This document shows positions 12,001 to 24,900 of a DNA stretch of 64,000 nt, piece after piece. Source of the DNA: Podarcis muralis (lineage: Eukaryota); NCBI RefSeq assembly GCF_964188315.1, contig NC_135664.1:77624001-77688000 (forward strand), given 5' to 3'. Position 1 is the stretch's first letter; each line of letters starts with the position of its first letter. Below the pieces are notes generated by a model. The model was not told the DNA's origin and searched no databases. It was given only the letters and a program-made list of their open reading frames with translations. A program made the position numbers and the translations under genes.

Positions 12001-12851
12001 GTCAGATGCTACAAATCCCAGAATCTGGGTGGTACAAATATGAGTCAGCCTCTTCCAAACACGAAAGCTGGCAACTGGGGTGCGCTGTCTGGTTTTAAGA
12101 GGAAGATTATCCTTTGGCAACAGCTGCAAGATGATTAAGACACAGAGTGAGTGCCAGGATAATTACATTTGGGGGTCGCGGTGTCAACAACAGTTAAGAA
12201 ACACAGTGAAACACAAGGTATACATGTTGCTTCCTCTCCACATCCTACGGACACGGCCACATCTAGTCCCACCAGATGCCAGGAAAACGCTCTCCTTCTG
12301 CAGACCACTTGCCAGAACAGGGCCTGGGCTGAGGGTGACCTTACTTGCATCTGGGCCTGGATGGAGCAGAGAAGCTGGACGGGAAAGCAAGCCCTACTTG
12401 GTTGACCAGATGAGGGCCAAAGGACAGGGACCTCCCAGTCCAGGCTAGGCTTCATGCTGCCTCCCAGACACGGGAGCCGGCGGTGGGGTTTCTGCAGGGA
12501 AAGGTCTCATAAGCTGGACTTGGCACCCCACAGCCCCAGAGAGCTCACACGCTTCTCTCCCAGCTCAAACTGGGAACTGCTGCTGGTGTGTAGCCAAAGA
12601 AGGTTCAAGCCCCTCTTGACTTGGAGAAACAAAGCCTCTCTCTGCTTTGGGTCAGAATTAGTGAGCGAGATGGCTAGGGAAAAGGCCTGAAGCATCACTC
12701 TCTGGTCATGGGCTGGCCCCGTCCTCCTGGCACCCCTGCATCCCCTTCTGCCCAAGGAGTTCTGCCTTCCCCCCCACCTGCCCCCTGGGACCCACAGCTG
12801 ACCTGTCCTGGCTGACCTTCCCACCCCATAAGCAGATGGATGTCTCCTGTT

Positions 12852-13105
12852 GAGAGCCAGTGGGGTGTAGTGGTTAAGAGCAGTAGTCTCGTAATCTGGG
12901 GAACCGGGTTCGCGTCTCCGCTCCTCCACATGCAGCTGCTGGGTGACCTTGGGCCGGTCACACTTCTCTGAAGTCTCTCAGCCCCACTCACCTCACAGAG
13001 TGTTTGTTGTGGGGAAGGAAGGGGAAGGAGAATGTTAGCCGCTTTGAGACTCCTGAAGGGGAGTAAAAGGCGGGATATCAAATCCAAACTCTTCTTCTTC
13101 TTCTT
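12852..13105 (+). mobile_element. Squam3-like tRNA-derived SINE; partial copy at 28463-28605 (-)
   Basis: A box gtgtagtggttaagagc, B box ggttcg, MIR-like core gctgggtgaccttgggc, (CTT)n tail. Confidence 0.8.
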
Positions 13106-14766
13106 CCTGCGTTGCATGAGGGAGATGGGCTGCACCTTCTGGTGGCTTCTCCCATCTGGAGTCTTGTGCAAGGGAAACTGGTTTCCATCTTCCTTGCAAA
13201 AGGACACCTATCACTCGGCCTTCATCCTCTTCCTCCTGCACCGCAAGCATCCACCTTCAAGGAACTGAAAGCCAAGGCGGGGGTGTGTTTGTTTGGCTGG
13301 CTTGTTGTCAGCAAACTTGCTTGCAGTCTGCTCCAGTGTGGCCCATGGTCTGTCTAGCCTGTGACCCCAGTTCAGCCACAAGCCTGGACCTCACAAGTCC
13401 ATTCATTTAGAAAAAGCAAACGCATTATTTGGCGATTCTGAAGAAGTGAAACTTGTGGAGAAGAGCCTGCCTTCCTGCAATTTTGCTGCTACCTGCTTGC
13501 GTGAAACAATACAGAAACTTTGGGGGGGGGGGTCCTTTTATTGGCCCCTCAGTCAGTGAGTCATGGAATTGACCCAGGTTTCCTATATCAGCAGGGGGAA
13601 ATTATGGGTTATTGTTTCTAAAGATATCCAGGCTTTGGGGCGGCACTGCTGTCTAAAAGGTTCAGGCTGCATTCCTCATCACACCTCTTGCTCCTGTTCT
13701 GGGTGAGGGCAGCTGCAATGCCCTCTCTTGACTGGAGAGAACTGTACGCTTGAACGGGGCAGATGCTGGGGGTGGGGCCCCTCTGCCAATGAGACGCTTC
13801 CTTGGCAAATCCTCCCTCCCTCAGGTATTCAATTCAGTCCCTTCAATCCAGAGCAGAGTCTGAGAAAGCAATTTGGCTGACCAGGACAGCTTTCAGGAGC
13901 CCCAAGTGGACTCCTGCCACCTGCTTCTTCAGAAGGCTCACAATGCCAGCCAGGCTCAGGACCCTGGTCTGTGGGTGACAGGCAGCCTCTGCCTCTAGAA
14001 ATGGGGCTCAGGGACAGAGACCTCCTGGGCTTTGCTTGCTGCCTGTCCGATGCTAGCATTACCTGCATGAACACCCCCCCCACACACACACACCGGAAGC
14101 CAGCTCTAGCAGCACCTTCAATTTGAGACACTGACACACACACCCCGCTTCACCAGTGGGGGCTCCGGGTGCCCAGGTGGTGGAAGAAGCGCCCACCCAC
14201 GGATGCCCACAGCACCAGCTCCCCCTTCTCTTGGAGACTGTGACTGCCCTTGCTCCCATGGGCACAGCCGGGGGGCAGGGAGGGGCAGCTGGCCCCCTAA
14301 ATCAAGTAAATAAAAATACTAACCGACCAATTATGTCACAGATGCCTCGGTTCTGCTCCCCCCCCCCCCAACATAAAGCCCGCCACCCCAACCTACATCC
14401 TGGCTCTGCCCACGCTTGGTGCTTCTGCTTTTGACTCTAAAGCACCAACCGTGTCCTATAGAAGGACAACACCAAGCGAGGTCCCTGCCCCAGGAGCCTT
14501 ACAGTTCAAAGACATGCTGCATTGCAGGGGATTGGACTGGATGACCCTTGAGGTCCCTTCCAACTCTGCAGTTCTATGATTCTACTATCCAGTCTTGCCC
14601 TGGGATCATCTCCTGCATCCCTGGGTGTCAAGAGCCCTCCCCAGCCCAAGGAATGCACACGGAAGACAGCTGACTATTGTCAAAGCGGACACAGCAGTTT
14701 CCACTGCCCTGAATCCCCAGGCAAACCAGCCTTGTGTCTAGGCAGCTGTACCTCACTCTGTGGAGC

Positions 14767-14802
14767 AGATGATGAGGATGATGATGATGATGATGATGAT
14801 GA
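14767..14802. repeat. (GAT)n microsatellite
   Basis: Read directly from the sequence. Confidence 0.9.
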
Positions 14803-15921
14803 TGCCAACCGTCTGACTGGGTTATCCCTGCCACTCTTGTTGGCTTCCAACAAATTATTTCCTTGACATCCTTCACTGGCAGCAGCAGGAAGCCATTCCC
14901 TCTCCTCCACCTCCTTATTTATCTTCCCCCACCTCTGCTTGCCTGGAAGCTGCCTCTGCTCTTCCCGCTGGTTCTGGGGGGCAGTGGGGCAGGAGAGGGC
15001 AGGGAAGCGCCTGGCCCCTCCTTTGCCTGCCCTGCCTCTTCCCTGAGTCAGACTCCGACTCCACTCCCCCCCCCCCCAGTACCTGACTCTGGGCAAGGGG
15101 GCACTGAGGCTCCTCGCAGGGTTTGTGGACGCCCCCCCCCCCAAGTGGGATCACCAGGCCTTCGGAGGCAAAGGGGGAAACTGTTTTTAAAAAACAGAAG
15201 CCACAAGGGGCCCCTCCACTAGCTTATCCCCACAAAGGCAGGATTATCACCTTCTTGACCACAGGGTCTCAAAATGTCCTCCTTTTGCCTCCTGTTGGTT
15301 TCTGGTTCTCCTTGATTTCTCTTTCCCACAGAAAGGAAGAGAGAAAAGAGTCTGAACCTGGACAAAAATGCAGAAGAAATGAGATGGTTTAGCCTAGTGG
15401 CTCCCAGAGTGGTTGGTACCACCCCCTAGGGTTCCCCAGGGGGGTGCCAGGGGGTGATGGGGGGCTGGAGGTATAAATGACCATCAGGCTTTGAGAAGCA
15501 TCTATCACTGGATCAAGTTCATCAGTTTTGTCACATTAATTAAACTACGTAACTTTAATTGGATTTTGAATAAATGTGCACTTAACTGCTACTGTTTTGA
15601 ATTCTGTTGTGTTGTTCTCTTCCTTAGTGGGTCATGCAAACCACTATTCTGGAATATTGCTTTTTGTAGGACAGGGTAGGGGCACCAGGAATACGTTTAT
15701 GGAACCAGGGGCCGGGGGGCTGAAAAATGTCTAGGAACTGCTGGTTCCAGCCTTCAAATAGTGAGACTGCTGGGCCTTGCGGACAGTCGCTTCCCTCCCG
15801 CCCCTCTGCCTCCTGGCTTCTCATCCTAATTCCTCTCCGTGGGGCAGTTTAACATCCTGGGACTCAGCAACCCCATCTCAGTCCTTGGGCCTGAGTGTGT
15901 CCAGACAGGGAGTGAGGGCAG

Positions 15922-15931
15922 TATTATTATT

Positions 15932-15988
<57 letters not shown>
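15922..15988. repeat. (TAT)n(TGT)n microsatellite
   Basis: Read directly from the sequence. Confidence 0.95.
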
Positions 15989-16329
15989 AATGCTGCCCCA
16001 TTCTGTGCATGGAGCCCGCCCACCTCTCCTGTGCCCCACGGAGCCTGTGTGTGTGGAGTTGGCCTCCTTGGCAGGGATCCTGCCCTGGCTCTGCCAGTCC
16101 CCAGGGGTCATTCTGTGCCCAAGCAGAGCTCCTGTTAACCTAATTTTGGAGATCCTCTTAAAGATAACTCTGGATCCCTGGATTGAGCTGCTGAGAGGAC
16201 ACTTAGCTGAGAAGCCTCCCGAGTGATATTAAAATGGAGAGGTCACGAATTGCAAAGACATCATTTTTTTTTTCCACGCTGATGTGACCAGAAGAGCCAA
16301 GCTAGTTTTCACTTGCGAAGTAGAAAATA

Positions 16330-17720
16330 CACAGAAGCAAGCCAGAGGGCGGGGCGGGGGCGGGAACTGGATCTGACCGGGGCTGGATCCTCAGCTCCCG
16401 CATCCTTGGCAGCCCCTCTGACAGGAGGGCCAGGACCCATTTCATCTTTGCCAGCTGCTTCCCGGTGACCGCGAGCCCTGCTTTGGGGGGGGGGGTCAGC
16501 TGCGCCCCCTTTCCCTTGCGCGATCTCCCCACCGGTCAGCTAATCCAAAGCGCCAGCAAGACTCCCACCCCGCCCCACCCCGCCATCCCTTGGAAACATG
16601 GCCTCAGGTGTGGGGCAGGCCGGCAGGTGTGCTTTGCGGAGACGGGGACCAGTCCAAAGGGCTCCTCGCTCCGGAAGGGGCAGGCCTGCCTGCGCAGAGG
16701 GGCTACCGGCGAGGATGGGGGGGGGGTCTCTTGGGGAAGAAATGAGCCGCGCAGACCCCCCGGCCAGGAGTCCCTCGTTTGCGGCTTGTCTCTTCGGACG
16801 GGGCGACCTAATCCCTGGCCAGCCCTGGAGTCCAGGCGCCCTCTAGTGGGCGGCGCGGGCCCTGCAGGCAGGAACCCCGAAGGCGCCCTCGACGGGGGAT
16901 TCTCCCCGGTTTCTCCGACTCCCCCCGTCCCCGCGGCGGGGAGGGGGTCGTCAGCGCAGAGAGACCCAGGGCGGCCCGTGGGAGCTTGGGGGAGGTGTGA
17001 CCCCGGACGGCCATCCCGTTCTCCCGGGCGGCCCCAGCCAGTCAGTGGCGGTCTTGGATGCCCCGCCCCGTCGCGGAAGGAGCCTCCAGAGGCTTGGCCA
17101 GCCCGGGCAGCGCCCAGGGGCCGGGAGGCTGGTATTTAAGCCGCGTCGGACGGCGCGGGGAGGCAGTTTGCTACTGCTGCTGCTGCGGGTCATATATCGT
17201 GGAGCCGTCCAGGAGAGCCAGCGCGCCGTCCAGCTCACCGTCGAGGATTCCTGGGAAACTCTCGCCGCTCCGAAGGACCGGGCAGCCCAGCTCCACCAGC
17301 CAGAATTGCACCCGACGGCGGCACTGGAGCCAAGCGGCTCCCGCGCGAGGTAGCGCCCCCCACCGGGTCCTCGCACCCTGGAGCCCTCGGCGCCGCCATG
17401 AAGCGCCCGCTGCGCCGGGAGCCCGCTTGCATCAGCCGCTGTCGCCTCCTCCTCCTCTTCCCGCTCCTCGCGCTGCTCCTTCACCTGCCGGGAGCCGAGT
17501 CCGCCTCGCCCGCCCCATCGGGGCGCATCTGGCCGCTGTCGCCCAGGTGAGTCCCCGTCGGAGAACTCTCCTCCTGCTCCGTCCCCTCCAGGGAGGGCGA
17601 AGGTCGGCAGCCGTGGGGTGGGGGTGGGGTGGGTGTTTTGGAGCCTGAAATGGGGCCGAGAGGTGACCGGAGCCCTTCCCCGACGGAGGCCGCCTCAAAG
17701 CGGAGCGGAGAGGCCCGCCT
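16330..17720 (+). promoter_or_regulatory. ADM2: ADM2 CpG-island promoter with Sp1/GC-box cluster (about 16346-16365) and TATA-like TATTTAA (17133-17139)
   Basis: CpG-rich; TATTTAAG about 260 nt upstream of the ATG; gggcggggcgggggcggg. Confidence 0.7.
17398..17546 (+). CDS. ADM2: ADM2 coding exon 1 (signal peptide)
   Basis: MKRPLRREPACISRCRLLLLFPLLALLLHLPGAESASPAPSGRIWPLSP+AG; GTGAGT donor. Confidence 0.9.
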
Positions 17721-18999
17721 GCTCACCCCCATTTCATGTCCCCTGGCAGAGAGAGTGGTGGGGCGTGTGGGGAGCCGCTGAGCTGTCAACTTTTCCCTTT
17801 TCTTGCGAGGAATCCTATTCGGAATAAGGGAATTTCCCTTAAGAAAAGGGAATGCCCCTCCCTCGCCCCTGCCAGCTGGAATCCCTCTTTGCCCTTCGGG
17901 AGGGGCGTGCAGTCCAGTGGAAGGGAGTTCCAGGGACCGGCCCGAGAACCGGCTTCTTTCTCTGGCAGAGGAGCGACCCCCGCCATGGCCGAACGTGTCC
18001 GGGAGCCGCCGCGGTGGGGCAGGGAGTTGGGGGGGGGGGGCTCCAGGAGTTACTCTTGGGAGAATTGGGTCGCGCCTGTTGGGATCAGCCTAAAGAAAGA
18101 CCCTTTGCTCGCCCCCAGCCCTTCCATTCCCCACAGCAGCCCGGAGCTCTCGCCTAAAATAGGGGTGGTGGTCGGGATACCCCCAAATATGCTCAGATGG
18201 GAAGGAAGGAATCCCCTTCCCCTGGATTTTGGGGGCTGCGCTTTTGGCCTGGGCTGGAATGGGGGTGCCAGCCTGCCACCCGCTTCAGCCCTGCGAGGAT
18301 CTCCTTTCAAGCTCTGCGACAGCAGACAGAGGCAAACCTCCGCTAGGCGGTTGTAACAGCCCTGAGACCTGCGGGTTTGGGGCGGCATACAAATTTAATA
18401 AATCATCATCTCCAGAAAACACGCAAGGCGCAGATGAGATAGAAGCCATGGTAAAGCAGCAGTAACCATCCTAGCACCCTGGAACTGTGGAGTTGGAAGG
18501 GTCCCGAGGGTCATCTAGTCCAACCCCTCGCAATGCAGGAATCCTGCCCACAGCCATCCCTAGGTGGGCTTGAACCACTAACCTCCTGGTTAACAGCCAG
18601 ACGCACTGGCCCATTGCGCCATGATGAAGACGTCCTCTCTGTCATCCCAGCAGGAGGATGTGTCCCCTTTAGCAAGGAATTGAACCAGTGTAGAGCTCCC
18701 ATTTGTGAAAATGTTTGGCACATACAAGCAGGCACATGCACACACTTGCCTAGGGGTTCCGTTGACAATGAAGCAGTATATAAATGTTGTTAAATAAATT
18801 CTATATACAGTTGAATATGTTGCCTGGGAAAATGCCTGCCTGCTAAGAGAGAGGGCAGCTTAAGGAAGCAAGCCAGGCTATACACTGATTGGGATACCTC
18901 TCTGTGAAAAGGGGGTGGGTGCGCAAACGAGACTTATGCAGGGAGGGGGCACATGGCAGAGAAAATGGGTTTGGGCGAGCTGGGCCTTAACGCAAGTAC

Positions 19000-19047
<48 letters not shown>

Positions 19048-20775
19048 GATCCCTGCTGTGAGTGTCTGGGTCCTCAGAAGTTGCTGACTGCCCAGCTGGC
19101 AACAGTGTGGGGCATGTGAGTGTGGCATGACTTGGCACCTTTGGGTGCTTCAACTCCAAGCACCTGGGCAGTCAGAGCGTTTCTGTCAGCCAGGCCGGGA
19201 GCAGCTGAGTGGGTGAGGGTTCAGGCACTCAGGGCTGGATGTCTGGCTCGTCACCTGACCATCGGATGGCTGGGGGGAAGTGAACCTGAACCGGAGTTGC
19301 CCCTGAGCCAAGGCAGCGGAAGGGCAGGCAGGGGTTCAGCGGGCATCGCTTGGAGCAGGAGGGTTGGGCACGCTGCTGGCTGCGCTGTGGACTAGAGCTG
19401 TTGGCTCTCCCGCTGGGCAGTGGGCAGGCTGCCAGTCCCTGCAGAGAAGGATGGAGGGTTTTCGGCCAAGGACTGGCGGGTCTCCCCAAGGCTCTTCTGC
19501 TGCTGTTGAAAATACAGCTCCAGGAAGTGTGTTGACACAGTGGGGGGTGGGGAGACCCTGCAGACCTTTGACCACTGCAGCCCACGAGTTCTGCTCAGAG
19601 GATGGGGGTAGGGGGCAAGGCATTGGGGGGGGCTGGCTTCTGTGTCTTGCTCCCTCCTCTGTCTGTGAGCCAGGGGATGGGGGCATCCAGCTGTTTGCTT
19701 GGGACCACAGCTGGGCAGTATGCCAGCATCTTCTCTGGTCCCTCTAGCCCCTGCTCCAGTGCTAAAGGGGGTGAGCAGCAGGTGGAAGCCCAGGGGATGA
19801 ATGGGAGCCCAGCTGAACCATCGCTCCCCTCAGCCATGCAGCACTTGGGAGCCTGGAGATGGACAAGCAAGCAAGGCTTCCATGAAGGCGGGTGGAACAG
19901 CTCCCTAAGCCAGAGAAGGCCGTGGTCCCCACAAGCGCCTCCTGCTGTGTTTACCCAGCATTCAGCTGTGATGCAACTGTTGTCTTTGGTTTCGGCCCTC
20001 AATGGCAGAGCAGAATGGGGAATGAATTACAGCCCCACCTGCCCTTCCTCCAGGGAGACCCACATCGTCCCAACAGTCCTGTGAAACAGAACAGCCTAAG
20101 GGAGAGAGACTGGTTCAGGGTCAGCACAGCCAAGCAGAGATTGGAACTGGAGTCTTCCCAGCTGAAAGACAAACTTTTATTGAGGCACCTACTGCGAAGT
20201 GCAAATTATGATTTTTGGCTTAGGTTTGTGGCTCCCCTACAGGCTTCCAGCTGTTGCATCAGCTCCTGAGGCATTTTTCCTATTCAAGCTAATGGCAAGA
20301 GATGCTGCTTTGCCCGCACCCCATCCAGGGATGGCAGGAAATGCTCATTTGTGGCAGATGGAATCTGCCCAGAGTACCAGGACAGTTTCCATCAAGGCTG
20401 ATTCAAGGCTAAGCAACAAGGAAGTACTGGGCAGAGGGCAGATGAGAGAGTGGGAACTGCAATGAGCAAAGCAGGGGGACATCTCAGGCAGCGGAGACAT
20501 TTCACACCTGGGAGGATGGTGTCAGGAGGGTTAACGCCCAGGATGAGTGGAAGGGCTGCAGAGGACGGGGAGCTGGCAGACAGGCTTGTTTGAGCAGAGT
20601 ATTTATATCACCCCACTTTGCCACACAGGATGGCTTACAATATAGGTGTTGTTTTTAAATCCAAAACAATTACCAAAGTCATGGTCAGCAGTTTAAAAAT
20701 CATATTTGGTTGTGACTAAAACAAGGAATGAATCACCTCTCTCTCTCTCCCTCCCTCCCTCCCTCCCTCCCTCCC

Positions 20776-20816
<41 letters not shown>

Positions 20817-21848
20817 GGAAGGTATGGGTGTTTATGTCTGGAGGTGGGCAAATGTCTGTCTGCAAAAGGGAAGAGGGGAGTGTCTCCAAAAAATACTGGT
20901 CAATACAAGATGAGTAAGAGGTCAGTCTGTGGCCATCTAGAAAATCTTTCTTCTTCGGCGATCCCTCGTAGCCGTGTAAGATGGTCTTCCATAAAAACAG
21001 TTTTAACAATGAGTCTGTAAGTGACTGTGGAGACTAATTCTGGATCCACGCTTCCTTCCACAGTGGGGACATTGGTTTCCGGGCGGGATGACTTGGAGCC
21101 AGAATGGGTTGATCAACTGTATGGCTTGCAAGACCAACCTTCTCTCCCGTCATTTTGTCTAGAGTGACTAGTCTGGTTGCTTTATCTTCAATGAACATAG
21201 TATATCTTGATTTCAGCAAAACATTTGACAAAGTGTCTCCCACGTTATCTTGTTGGCAAGTAGGTAAAATAGAGGCTGGACAAAGACTCCTTTGAGGTGG
21301 ATCTAAAACTGGCTGGGCAGCTGTGCCCACTGAGTGCCCACGATGAGTGGCTCTGTGTCGGCCGGCTGGGAGGTCTTGAGCTGTCCTGCTCAGCATTCCT
21401 TTCGATTACTTGGAGTCTGGAGGATGCTGATGCCAAGCTGGGAAGGGGATGAGGACCTCAGAAAACAAGAGTACAGGTTCAAAAGATCTTGACAGGCTGG
21501 AAAACTGGGCTGAAACCAACAGAATGAAAACCTACAGTGATAAATGTAGAGTCCTGCATGTAGGTGCAAAGTAGGGATGGCTCTTGGGCTCTCAAATTTC
21601 AGTGGTTCAACAATAAAATTTGGCGCCCCCTGTGGCGCCAACACCCAGTGGGGCAGAACCAGTTGCGCTACCCTAAAACCGCCTCTGTGCAAAGAATCAG
21701 AGTCACAAGTATAGGATGGGGAAACCAAGTGTGCAGAAACGATCTCGGGGTCTTAGTGGCTCCCAAACCAAAGAGAAGCCGGTTGTGTGATGTGCCCGCT
21801 CAAAAAGCTGATGCAATCCTAGGCTGCATTTGCAGAAGCAAACATCTC

Positions 21849-21932
<84 letters not shown>

Positions 21933-24900
21933 CACAGGCCAGAGGACCAAGGCCTCTGCAGAGCCAGGCAGTCATCACACCCAGCTGCAGCTGTGCCAGG
22001 CGCCCTCGCTTGTGGAGGGGAGAGGCAGCTCCTCTTGTCCTGTTACCTGAAACTGTGGTGACGGTTGGAGAGAGGCTTTTGAACCTGGCCTGTGTGTGGG
22101 CTACGGGCCTTTGATGCAGCTGGCCTCCGCTCCCTCCTTGCCGCCTGCCTGCCAAGCGTACGTGTCCTGTGGCAGGTACAGCTCCCTTGCCTTGCCTGCG
22201 CTCCTCCCCGCCTCCCGCCCTGCTCCTTCCCTCTGGCCATCTCCCAGTCTCTCCCGCCTCCTCCCCTCCTCCAGACCAGTTCCTCTTCCCTGGTGGAAGG
22301 AAGCTGACATCCTTCTCCATGCCCCAACCTGACACATGCTCTCTCCTCTCCTCATTCATTCTCCCCCCCCCCCCGCCGCCCCATCCCGCTTCTCAAATAG
22401 AAAAGGTGGATCAGCAGGTTGCGTCAGGGCTAGGCCACACATAGTTTCTCTTGTGGTCTGGAAGAGACGGTTGCCGCCACCCAGAGAGACGTGCTGGCCG
22501 TGATGCCTCTCCAGGCAGCCAAGGCCGAGGGGCCTGGCCTCACGGGGGACCAAACAGAGGCCGTCCAAGGTCCTCAAGGAGGGACTGCTGGGGTTAGAGG
22601 GAGCTTCTGGGCTCAGCTCACGAGTCTCTTCACGACTGGTGCAGAGCATGGCCCTCAAGAGATGACCCCCCCTTGCTGTGTCCTGCCACAGAGGTGGGGG
22701 GCTGCCCTTCCTGGAACCACCGTCTTCCTATGAGGATGGCCAGCCAGGCAGGTCTGCATCTGCTCAGTTACAAAGGCCAAGAGCTGAGCTTTTAACAAGC
22801 ATCTGTCAAAAGCAAAAGCCGAGGTTGAAGTCTACCAGTTTCAAGCAATGAAATGTTGCTTCATTTAAATGTGTCAAATATTCCTTCTGCCCCAGCCGAC
22901 TTTTTGCCTCATTGATCTGAGAAGGGCAATAGTTCAGGGACAGAGCACCCGCTCCACATGCAGGGCCCAGGTCCAATCCGCAATGGCTGCGCATGGACCT
23001 TGCCTGAAACCCTGGAGAGCTGCTGCCAGTCAGTGCGGACAGTACTGAACCAGATGGAGCAGGGCTCTGACTTGGAATTCGGTGGCTTCCAAGGTTCCCA
23101 GCAGGACGTGGGCAAGGGGACCTGTCCCTGGACTGGGTGGGAACTCATCTCCCCACCCAAAAGGGGGCTCTGCCCCTGCTTCTCCTCTGATCTCATTCAG
23201 GATCTGGGTCCCCCACAGAGAGGACTGGGGGGGGGGGAGCCCTTTAAAAAGCAGCTTCCTATTACAGTAATTAATTCTGAGAGAAAACCCAAATACAGAA
23301 CATTAAGTTTTTTAACGGGAGTGAGTGGAAGAGCCGCAGTTGTCTCTGAGAATGGCAGCCATCTCCAATGGCCTGGGAGGCTGGCATGTCTATTGGCCAT
23401 AAAAGGACACAGCAGGGAGAAGGGGACACAAGTCACAGCTATACAAGTGTACACATGTGCGCGCATGCACACACACACAGCAAGGGTGCCCATCGTCCCA
23501 CACTCTGCACAAGCTCCACACACAAAGACCAAGTCATATTTTCTGACTCCCAGTACCAGACCTCACACGATTTTCTCCAAGAAAGATACCCAAGACTGTT
23601 GTCCTATGCCTGGGTTCTTGAGAGCGAATCACACTGAGCAAAGTGGACTTTAGGAGGGAACAGTCTGGTTTTCTTGTCTATGACATTGGAGGCAAAAGGG
23701 TCTTTCTCAGGCAGCCCATTCTCAAAAAAGCGCATGTCCCAAACTGCCTTATTCCTGCTGCTGTTAGGATGGAGGGGGATCCCCAGGCAGAGCCCTGAAA
23801 CTCAGTGGGGTTGTGGAGATGGAGATTCCTTTGGGCTATAGGAAAATTCGCCTGGGGTGCGAGGCTTGCCCTTCTCTGACCCTGTCTCACGTGTCCAGTG
23901 CCAACCTGATGCACCTGGCGGGAGGCTCTGGCAGTGGGGTCTTCCTTGCTGACCTTCAGGGCTAGCCAGGTCCTGGAGACGCCCATGTGCACCTCCAGGT
24001 GAGCACCTGACAAGCTGTTTAGGGGTTGGAAGGCAACCATGAGTACTTTGAATTGGGCCTGGCACCACAGTGGCAACCCTCAGGTTTCTCTCCCCGAGAG
24101 GCTGCGCTGTACACCCACCCAAATATGCTGACCCAGATCTGCAGCCTCCCCCACAGAGCCCTCTTCTTGAGTCAGGCTGGGCCTTTGTCTGTGCTTTTTC
24201 TGCTCTGACAGGCCTCACTCTCACCCTGCCTGGACCATCCCATGGAGAGGCAGACTCACCTGTGACGAGCACTCCTCCTCCTCCATGAGAAAGAATTTTG
24301 TGCGCAGTTTCTGGGCAAGGGCAGCCAAGCCGTTTCAAGCAACATTCCATGAGCCAGCCCTGCGAGGGCACATGGCGGCTCTGGGCCTGGGCAGTGCAGA
24401 AGTAGGTGTGGCCCCTGCACCCCCAGGGACCACATAGGCGGGGGGGGGGAGGCGGCTCTGATCCCCCTATAAACAGGCTGTGGCTGCTCCTGCAAGTATT
24501 TGTGCTCCTGCTCCAACATGCCTCTTTCCCTCCTGCTGCCAGCGGAGGGCGAGGGCTCATGGCACCTCTTCCATCCTCTCGTTGCAGGAAGCCCTGGGCT
24601 AGAAGCCACCCACCAGCCTGGCTGCGGAAGAGGCTGACGACAGAAGAGCTTTTGGACAAGACGGCCAGAATGTGGCCGGCCTGGAAGCCTCCCGTGGCGA
24701 CGCCAGGAAGCTGGCTCCACCTCTCCGTCCTCCCCAGGCGCAGACTGGATCCCCAGCAGCCTGGCAGGCCCCCCCAGCACCGGCTCCCATGGACTCCAGC
24801 CCCCCGTCCAAAGCGCCAGGCAGCCCCCCGCCTGCACCGCGCGCAGCTGATGCGTGTCGGCTGTGCCCTGGGCACCTGCCAAGTGCAGAACCTGAGCCAT

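Noticed and set aside
15777-16226. ORF with a poly-Leu 'signal/TM' segment
   Set aside because: Produced by a (TTG)n microsatellite.
18560-18631. tRNA-Asn(GTT)-like sequence
   Set aside because: Mismatched stems and direct fusion to a CR1 tail show it is a SINE head, not a tRNA gene.
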